From the NCBI GenBank assembly GCA_035490915.1, contig DATJLB010000066.1, positions 1 to 31,061 of the forward strand: a DNA stretch of 31,061 bases, read 5' to 3'. The DNA is from Geobacteraceae bacterium (GTDB lineage: Bacteria; Desulfobacterota; Desulfuromonadia; Geobacterales; Geobacteraceae). Each line of letters opens with the position of its first letter. Position 1 is the stretch's first letter. Both the position numbers and the translations under genes were made by a program. This document shows positions 10,401 to 16,089 of the stretch, piece after piece. Below the pieces are notes generated by a model. That model did no database searches, had not been told where the DNA came from, and was given only the letters and a program-made list of their open reading frames with translations.

Positions 10401-11022
10401 CGCGGTCAGGGCGGGGAAGGGCCTCACGGAGCTCACCTCCCTGGAATCGTCACTGTTTGACGGGGCCCTGCTCGGTGCGGGGTTCTTCCGCTACGGGAAA
10501 AAGCCGGAGTACGGCGCCGACCTGACCGTCAATGGCCTGAGCCTCCGGGCACTCTGCGACGCTAACCCGAAAATAAAAGGGTACATTTCGGGAAGGGTCG
10601 ACGGCATCGTGAGCCTGTACGGAGAAGGGAAGGGGATGAACGGACTGCGCGGTTTTACGGAGATATGGACCCGCAGTGCCCACGACGAGAAGATGCTGGT
10701 CAGCAAGGAATTTCTTCAGAAGCTGGCAGGGAGAAAGTTCAAGGGGCTTTTCTTCCGCAACGACCGTCCCTACGACCGCGGCGAAATCCGCGGCTACCTG
10801 GAAAACGGCTTTCTCACCTTCGATACCCTGGACATTTCGCATACCAATTTTCTGGGCATCAGGGACCTGAGCGTCACGGTTGCGCCGGTGCAGAACAGAA
10901 TTTCGCTCGTCCATCTCTATGCCTCCATCAGGGAGGCCGCGACCCGCGGCAAGCCGGCGGGCAGCGCGGAACCCCCTCCTCCTCCCCCCCCAGCGGGCAC
11001 GGAATTCAAGTGGGAGGAGTAG
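7489..11022 (+). CDS. Large AsmA/DUF748-like envelope protein (1177 aa)
   Basis: Single N-terminal TM, then long Gly-rich repeated beta-strand architecture (GTISINGLTIGNPAGF...GEWNF); ends in poly-Pro plus TEFKWEE. Confidence 0.75.
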   Translation: MAKTAGTPIKPKRALARVVAASCAVVFLLLLGVVLLAPISLRIPAAAHGVSRRLTDYLHYPVSVAGLSLTGGTISINGLTIGNPAGFTGEALVSCRSIAVTPDWLGFLRGRKSFAEITVQGGRIGIGRNGRGEWNFHELVRRLSEKKGGGETLIRRLSISDTSLAVEGVRLDHLALTVRDLSTKGTTDSRFLLSWKDAGGSPFRIEGSARLGAVPSVEAALTAPSFSLQTLAGSLGPKTGPLLANGTGALDVTLKLQGGSAAVTGKLGVAGLALEAKDGRIPLRGELACAARYDAARDEATLDTCTVSLDHVVRLRASGTVSEVRKGRRFAARISCDSVDLKALSALLPPGLRRDLAVGGTLSATELRFAGDSLHGITAGGGTFFLRRGTVARGEKPMVSGLAADASLARVKEGWELKGRLRQEGESEGVLQELSAPFTVALSSRLIPKRAELPSVAATVYGIPAEGTLDYRPGGLSFRLDARKVPLSRLSRALPGKGVAFSAGTATLSLRGSGSSLREVTGKLTAEIADLKGSAAGRNFAVKGGATEAVITRSSGTLGVVGRIRWNGGLLDGKRMDGACSYGVRDGEFSVTDGVFTLDRTELHVTSVGGLLPIPARAGETTRLPVHLAFSGIGVRTPLASLDGLSGKAAADYVTTPGKRWLEGSGAVAVGRLSWKGTEVGALDGGVKFTAAGAAADIRGKLFDGRLTGSVSVGLFDRERKTGFSLKLEQARCAALAAFTPGTSPVRGTGGVLDVRLTGGYDRTAGLSFRLEGDGTGIALAGKDGKTVLANGGVRTVCDLAGGTLVIREGVVTVGSAVTLKGEGKVASLLSPDREGDISLAFVTTPLKALTTTFAEVLPTGLREASASGSVSAIGRVRMAHRDALLEGTVSLYNGGLEITSQKFSMDGMTGTLPFSLDLTGTAAGRPERRTYSRDTYPAALAALRQAAATGHNVTIGRVRLGGMEFGKTTLAVRAGKGLTELTSLESSLFDGALLGAGFFRYGKKPEYGADLTVNGLSLRALCDANPKIKGYISGRVDGIVSLYGEGKGMNGLRGFTEIWTRSAHDEKMLVSKEFLQKLAGRKFKGLFFRNDRPYDRGEIRGYLENGFLTFDTLDISHTNFLGIRDLSVTVAPVQNRISLVHLYASIREAATRGKPAGSAEPPPPPPPAGTEFKWEE

Positions 11023-11117
11023 GTGAAGCGCCCTTTTGGCGCGGGTGACAATCGGGTTGAAATTTGGAGTCGTAAGCGGTATAAGCGTATCTGTTGGGAA
11101 AGGCGGCGAATGAACGG

Positions 11118-11501
11118 ATGGAGTTCAGGGTATATTACGAGGACACGGATGCGGGCGGGGTTGTCTATCATGCCACCTACCTCGGGTATTTCGAGCGGGG
11201 AAGGACCGAGTACCTGCGCGAACGGGGGCTCTCGGTTGCCGCACTGGCGGAACGCGGCTGCATTTTCCCGGTGGTTAGGCTTGAGATAGAGTATCGTGCG
11301 CCGGCGGTCCTGGACGACTTGGTGCGGGTGGAGACCAAGGTGTTGGACGTTGGGAAAACGTCCTTTACTCTCGGACAGCAGGTCACACGGGCGGTGGACG
11401 GCAAGCTGCTCGCAGAGGGAAAAGTCACGCTGGTATGCGTATCCCCCGGCATGAAGGCGAGGCGGCTTCCTGATGACCTTATCCAGGCACTGAAGCGTTA
11501 A
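11118..11501 (+). CDS. YbgC/FadM-family acyl-CoA thioesterase (hotdog fold)
   Basis: FRVYYEDTDAGGVVYHATYLGYFERGRTE is the YbgC/4HBT signature; candidate promoter TTGAAA-N17-TATAAG at 11057-11085. Confidence 0.9.
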   Translation: MEFRVYYEDTDAGGVVYHATYLGYFERGRTEYLRERGLSVAALAERGCIFPVVRLEIEYRAPAVLDDLVRVETKVLDVGKTSFTLGQQVTRAVDGKLLAEGKVTLVCVSPGMKARRLPDDLIQALKR

Positions 11502-11565
11502 CACGGTCAACTGGAGCGTAACGGGAATCCTGGCGGGATCGGCAGAGTTCCCGACGGTGACGGGC

Positions 11566-12573
11566 ATGGACATCATCTCAAAGGTCAAAGCGGTTGCGGA
11601 CAATCTTGCCGGGGAGGGTGAGATCAGGCGGTTGGCCGCAGAGAACGAGGCCCTTCGCGAACGGGAGCGGAAGGCGGTTCACTATATCCGCCGGAAGATC
11701 GATCAGCTCCTCATGGTCATGGGAACATTGCCACTGAACCCGGAGGAGCTCGACGATGCGACCCTCCTGGAGGTTGATCCCATCGGGATAATTTCTGATG
11801 CCTTTGCCCAGATCCAGGAGCACCTGCGTGCGACCAACGAAAAGCTCAAGCTCGCCCATGACGAGATACAGGCGATCCTGCGTGCGACCGGGGTGGGAAT
11901 CCTGGTCGTGGACAATGCGATGAAGATCCAGGCGTACAACCAGAGACTCAAAGAGCTGTTTTCCCCCGACGAGAAGGAGATCATGGGGAAGCGCTGTTTC
12001 AATATCCTGTGCAAGCAGCAGGAGCTTCCGGCGGCATGCACCTTCAGGAAGGTGCTGGCGACGAAAGTGGGGGTTTACCAGGCTGGCTGGATCTACAACG
12101 ACCGTCACTTCGACGTGGCCGGCGCTCCCATCAAGAACAGATTCGGCGACATCACCCATGTTGTCCTGGCATACAACGATATAACCGACCGGAAGCGGAC
12201 CGAAGACGCCCTATGGGAGAGCATGACGATGTACCGGGAACTCCTTGAGAGGGCCAACGATCTCGTCCAGAGTGTCGCTCCGGACGGCTCGTTCCGCTTC
12301 GCCAACCGTGCCTGGCTCGAAGCCCTCGGTTACAGCCGTGAGGACCTGGTGCGGCTCTCCCTGCCGGACGTCATCCATCCCGACAGTCGCCACCACTGCC
12401 AGGAGTTCTTCAAGGAATTGCTGGCGGGGAGATGGAGCGGGCGGATCGAGACCAGCTTTGTCACCAAAGACGGCAAAACCATAAGGGTGTGGGGGGATGT
12501 CAGCTGCATCATGAGGGGGGGAGAACCGGTGGCCACCTGCGGGATTTTCCGGAAAGCCGATGAGTCCCGATGA
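11566..12573 (+). CDS. Cytoplasmic tandem-PAS protein with N-terminal coiled coil, no output domain
   Basis: Two PAS/PAC units (GVGILVVD...YNDITDRKRTE; ANDLVQSVAPDGSFRFANRAW...CGIFRK); stop directly after the second PAC. Alternative GTG start at 11557. Confidence 0.8.
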   Translation: MDIISKVKAVADNLAGEGEIRRLAAENEALRERERKAVHYIRRKIDQLLMVMGTLPLNPEELDDATLLEVDPIGIISDAFAQIQEHLRATNEKLKLAHDEIQAILRATGVGILVVDNAMKIQAYNQRLKELFSPDEKEIMGKRCFNILCKQQELPAACTFRKVLATKVGVYQAGWIYNDRHFDVAGAPIKNRFGDITHVVLAYNDITDRKRTEDALWESMTMYRELLERANDLVQSVAPDGSFRFANRAWLEALGYSREDLVRLSLPDVIHPDSRHHCQEFFKELLAGRWSGRIETSFVTKDGKTIRVWGDVSCIMRGGEPVATCGIFRKADESR

Positions 12574-12616
12574 CCCCCATCCTGCCTGAACTCCTCCATT
12601 GCGGCACCTGTACGCC

Positions 12617-13624
12617 ATGATCACTCCACGCGTATCCATTCTCCTTCCCGTCAGGGACGAGGAGCAGTTTCTCCCCGCCGCCCTCGCCTCGCTCATTCGA
12701 CAGACCATGACCGACTGGGAGCTCGTCTGCGTGGACGACGGCTCCACCGATGGGACGCCGTCCATCCTGGCCGAGGCGGCCAGGCGTGACTGCCGCATCA
12801 GGATTCTGCGGACATCAGGGGAGGGGTTGGTCGCCGCACTCAATACCGGCCTTGCCGCGTGCCGCGCCCCTCTCGTAGCCCGCATGGACGGCGACGACAT
12901 ATCCCACCCCCGTCGACTGGAGCTCCAGACCGCAACGATGACCGCTGACCCCACCCTCGGGCTGGTCGCCTGTTCCTTCCGCCATTTCCCCCGGCAGCGG
13001 ATACGGGTGGGGATGCTCGCCTACGAGTCGTGGCAGAACGGTCTCGTCTCGCATGAGTCGATCGTGCGCGACCTGTTCGTGGAATCTCCCTTTGTTCACC
13101 CGAGCGTCATGTTCCGGAAGGAGGTGGTCACGTCTCTTGGCGGTTATCGGGAAACGGGGTGGGCGGAGGACTACGACCTCTGGCTCCGCATGGGGTTAGC
13201 AGAGACCCGTTTTGCCCGTCTGCCGCAGACCCTTTTTTTCTGGCGGGAGCGCCCAAGCCGGATGACCCGCACCTGTCCGGAGTATGCGGTGGAAGCCTTC
13301 CGTGCCTGCAAGGCGCACTACCTGCGCCGGGGCTTTTTGCGAGGAGTCAGCAAGGTGGTTCTTGCCGGGGCGGGGCTGGAAGGACGTGCCTGGATGCGAA
13401 CCCTCGAACGGGAAGGGGTCACTGTTGACCACTGGGTGGATGTCGATCCCCGCAAGATCGGCAGGATACTCCATGGCGCACGGGTGCTGGGGCCGGGTGA
13501 AGCGTCGCCGGCGAACGGCAGGATGCTGATCACCGTCGGAACCCGCGGGGCACGGGATGAGGTACGAAAGTGGGCAGAGGCGACAGGCTTCACGGAAGGG
13601 ACCGATTTTCTCTGCGTCACATAG
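12617..13624 (+). CDS. Glycosyltransferase family 2
   Basis: VSILLPVRD...ELVCVDDGSTD...GLVAALNTGL...ARMDGDD (DxD), HPSVMFRK, EDYDLWLR. Confidence 0.9.
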   Translation: MITPRVSILLPVRDEEQFLPAALASLIRQTMTDWELVCVDDGSTDGTPSILAEAARRDCRIRILRTSGEGLVAALNTGLAACRAPLVARMDGDDISHPRRLELQTATMTADPTLGLVACSFRHFPRQRIRVGMLAYESWQNGLVSHESIVRDLFVESPFVHPSVMFRKEVVTSLGGYRETGWAEDYDLWLRMGLAETRFARLPQTLFFWRERPSRMTRTCPEYAVEAFRACKAHYLRRGFLRGVSKVVLAGAGLEGRAWMRTLEREGVTVDHWVDVDPRKIGRILHGARVLGPGEASPANGRMLITVGTRGARDEVRKWAEATGFTEGTDFLCVT

Positions 13625-13712
13625 CGCACAACACCCCCATCCGATCCTCTCCCGTCGCCCATCCGAAGTCGATCCGGAAACGCCACAGGCTTCCCCCTTC
13701 AGGTTTCCGGTG

Positions 13713-13741
13713 TTGACTCGCGATACCCGATTTACTATAAT
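13713..13741 (+). promoter_or_regulatory. Near-consensus sigma70 promoter for yeeE-tusA
   Basis: TTGACT (13713-13718), 17 bp, TATAAT (13736-13741), followed by an AT-rich stretch. Confidence 0.75.
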
Positions 13742-13904
13742 CAATTAAAAAATCTTGCCATTTCTGCCCGGTGTCCTTCCAGAGACACCATGAAAAAGCG
13801 TCTGGAGCGGCTGCGGGCATAAAGGCCCTGTGCTGGGCTCACGAGGGGGCCGACGTGAAGTTGAGGTCCTCGCAGGGATTCGTCCCGGGGCGCGAGAGGC
13901 AAAC

Positions 13905-15011
13905 GTGAAAGAGTTTACCTACCTTTTGTTAATTACCAATGGGCTGGTTCTGGGGCTCTGTGCAGGTTTCATCATGCACCGCTCCGATTTCTGCCTTGCC
14001 GGGATGTTTCGCGACCTGTTCACCTTCCGGCAGGTTGCCATGCTCCGGTTTCTCTTTCTGCTGATAAGCTTCAGCATCCTCCTTTTCGAAGCGGCCAGGC
14101 TGTGTGGCATCTTCAAGGCCTACCCCTTCCCGTCGTTCGGGCCGCCATCGCTCACGAACGTCATCGGCGGGGGCGTTTTCGGGATCGGCATGGTGCTGGC
14201 CGGGGGATGCGTTGTCGGGACACTTTACAAATTGGGGGCCGGGAGCATCCTGAGCTTCTTCGCTTTCATCGGTCTGATTGTCGGGAGCACCGCATACACG
14301 GAAATACACGCGGCCTGGTCCGGCTTCAGGACCGCAACCACCTTCAGCACGGCCGTCACCATACCCCAGGAACTCGGGATCGACCCTTTCCCCCTTATGC
14401 TCGCCATTTTCGTCATTTCCTTCTACTGCTGCCTCAGGTGGTACCGCGCAGGGAAGCTGGTCCGTCGTTCCCCCGCTGCCGGATACCTGCAACCGTACAA
14501 GGCCGCCGTGTGCCTCGCCATTGTCGGCGTATGCTCATGCCTCGTGACCGGCAAGCCGGTGGGGATAACCACCGCCTACGCAAAAATGGGGGCCTACGCC
14601 GAGTCGGCCGTATTGAGCGACCACTATCAGCAGCTGAAAAAAGCCAAACCTGTGGAGTATGTCAGTCCACTTACCCGGGTCCGGCTTCCCTGGAGCACGG
14701 AGCCGGAGTTTGACGCCGTGTCGCTCGTCCAATATCCGCTCATCGTCGGGATAATCGCCGGCGGGGCGCTCTCCGCCCTCCTGCTGCGCGAGTTCAAGGT
14801 ATATTACCGCCTCCCTCTCCGTCAGTATGCGTCCGCGATCACCGGCGGGTTCATTATGGGGCTGGCATGCCGTATGGCGCCCGGATGCAACATCTGGCAT
14901 CTCTTTGGCGGGGTGCCGATCCTGGCTTCGCAGAGTCTGCTGTTCCTGGCTGGCCTGGTGCCGGGGGCGTGGCTGGGAAGCGGGCTCCTGGTGAGGGTGG
15001 TGCTGAGATGA
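13905..15011 (+). CDS. YeeE/YedE-family membrane protein (thiosulfate/sulfur-compound transporter type)
   Basis: Multi-TM; conserved Cys motifs RSDFC, LAGGCVVG, MAPGCNI. GTG start 13905 with SD GAGAGG 5 nt upstream. Confidence 0.88.
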   Translation: MKEFTYLLLITNGLVLGLCAGFIMHRSDFCLAGMFRDLFTFRQVAMLRFLFLLISFSILLFEAARLCGIFKAYPFPSFGPPSLTNVIGGGVFGIGMVLAGGCVVGTLYKLGAGSILSFFAFIGLIVGSTAYTEIHAAWSGFRTATTFSTAVTIPQELGIDPFPLMLAIFVISFYCCLRWYRAGKLVRRSPAAGYLQPYKAAVCLAIVGVCSCLVTGKPVGITTAYAKMGAYAESAVLSDHYQQLKKAKPVEYVSPLTRVRLPWSTEPEFDAVSLVQYPLIVGIIAGGALSALLLREFKVYYRLPLRQYASAITGGFIMGLACRMAPGCNIWHLFGGVPILASQSLLFLAGLVPGAWLGSGLLVRVVLR

Positions 15012-15059
15012 TTACCGGTGGGCATAACACATCGAAAACTTTGTACGGGGGACGATGAT

Positions 15060-15311
15060 ATGGAGACAGCACCCACTGTGATAGAATTCGACATCAGGGG
15101 GCAGCTTTGCCCTTCCACGCTTCTTACGACGCTCAAGGAGGTCAACAAGCACAAGGTAGAGCTTCGGAGCGGTTCCGTGAAGCTCTTGTTCCGGACGGAC
15201 AATAGGGATTGTACGATAACGATTCCCGACACGGTTACCATCATGGGGTACGGTGTGAAGGTTGCCAGGGATGCCGACCACTACGTCATCGAGATTGACA
15301 GCGGCAGGTGA
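15060..15311 (+). CDS. TusA/YeeD-family sulfur-carrier protein
   Basis: FDIRGQLCP..LLTTLKEV N-terminus, small size (83 aa), position behind a YeeE gene; G-rich SD before ATG 15060. Confidence 0.8.
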   Translation: METAPTVIEFDIRGQLCPSTLLTTLKEVNKHKVELRSGSVKLLFRTDNRDCTITIPDTVTIMGYGVKVARDADHYVIEIDSGR

Positions 15312-15348
15312 AGGACGGTCATTTTCACGACATCATTTTTTTTCAACG

Positions 15349-15376
15349 ACCCCGGCCCGCCGGGGTTTATTTGTTT
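15349..15376 (+). terminator. Probable rho-independent terminator of yeeE-tusA, overlapping the lspA stop
   Basis: ACCCCGG-CCCG-CCGGGGT followed by TTATTTGTTT. Confidence 0.5.
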
Positions 15377-15855
15377 CGGGGGTGTCGTTTTTCTTCGAGA
15401 AACATGTCGACGGCTAGGAGGAAGACGCCGACGCAGATGGCAGAGTCGGCTACGTTGAAGGCGGGCCAGTGGTGGGCGAACCAGTGGGCGTCGAGGAAGT
15501 CGATAACCTCGCCGAGCCGGAGCCGGTCGATCAGGTTGCCGAGGGCGCCGGAGAAAATCAGGGAAAGTGAGAAGGCGGTGAAGCGCTGGTCGGGGCGGAG
15601 CTTGGCGAAGACCATGATGATCACCGCAATGGCGATAAGGGAGATGAGGATGAAAAACGGCAGGCGATAACTGGAGTGGGCCAGAAAGCCGAACGCCGCT
15701 CCCTTGTTCCGGAGGTAGGTGATGTTGAAGAAATTCTCCACCACTGTGATGGACGACTGGATGTCCATGGTCCGGTCGATGAAGAGCTTGGTCGCCTGGT
15801 CGATGACCAGGACCACCGCCGTCACGACGGCAAGGATAAGGTAATTGGTTTTCAT
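15367..15855 (-). CDS. lspA: Lipoprotein signal peptidase II
   Basis: DQATK, NKGAAFG, GALGNLIDR, GEVIDFL, FNVADSAI motifs; downstream of ileS. Confidence 0.96.
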   Translation of the reverse strand: MKTNYLILAVVTAVVLVIDQATKLFIDRTMDIQSSITVVENFFNITYLRNKGAAFGFLAHSSYRLPFFILISLIAIAVIIMVFAKLRPDQRFTAFSLSLIFSGALGNLIDRLRLGEVIDFLDAHWFAHHWPAFNVADSAICVGVFLLAVDMFLEEKRHPRNK

Positions 15856-15874
15856 GGCTACCTTTTGAAAGCCC

Positions 15875-16067
15875 AACCGCAGAGGACGCAGAGAGTCGCA
15901 GAGTTTGTAACCCCACCTGTCCTCCCCTTAGATTAAGGGGAGGGACGCAGTTGTGACTGTTGCGGACCTGCCCGCCGAAATCGTCAATCACGTCCCCCCT
16001 CTTAAGGTAAGAGGGGGACAAGGGGAGTTATGGGCTGGAGCTGACGGTTACAAATACCTCTGCGGTT
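15875..16067. repeat. Nested palindromic elements in the ileS-lspA spacer
   Basis: Outer IR AACCGCAGAGG (15875-15885)/CCTCTGCGGTT (16057-16067) encloses an inner element (15908-16030) with imperfect terminal IRs and two hairpins, CCTCCCCTT/AAGGGGAGG and GTCCCCC..TCTTA/TAAGAGGGGGAC. Confidence 0.75.
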
Positions 16068-16089
16068 AAAGCTTTGTTTTTTTGTTGTC

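Noticed and set aside
13760-13800. GGTGTC/GACACC pairing reminiscent of the fluoride riboswitch
   Set aside because: Lacks the GGCGATGG...CGCC first stem and the spacing of that motif; downstream genes are not fluoride-related.
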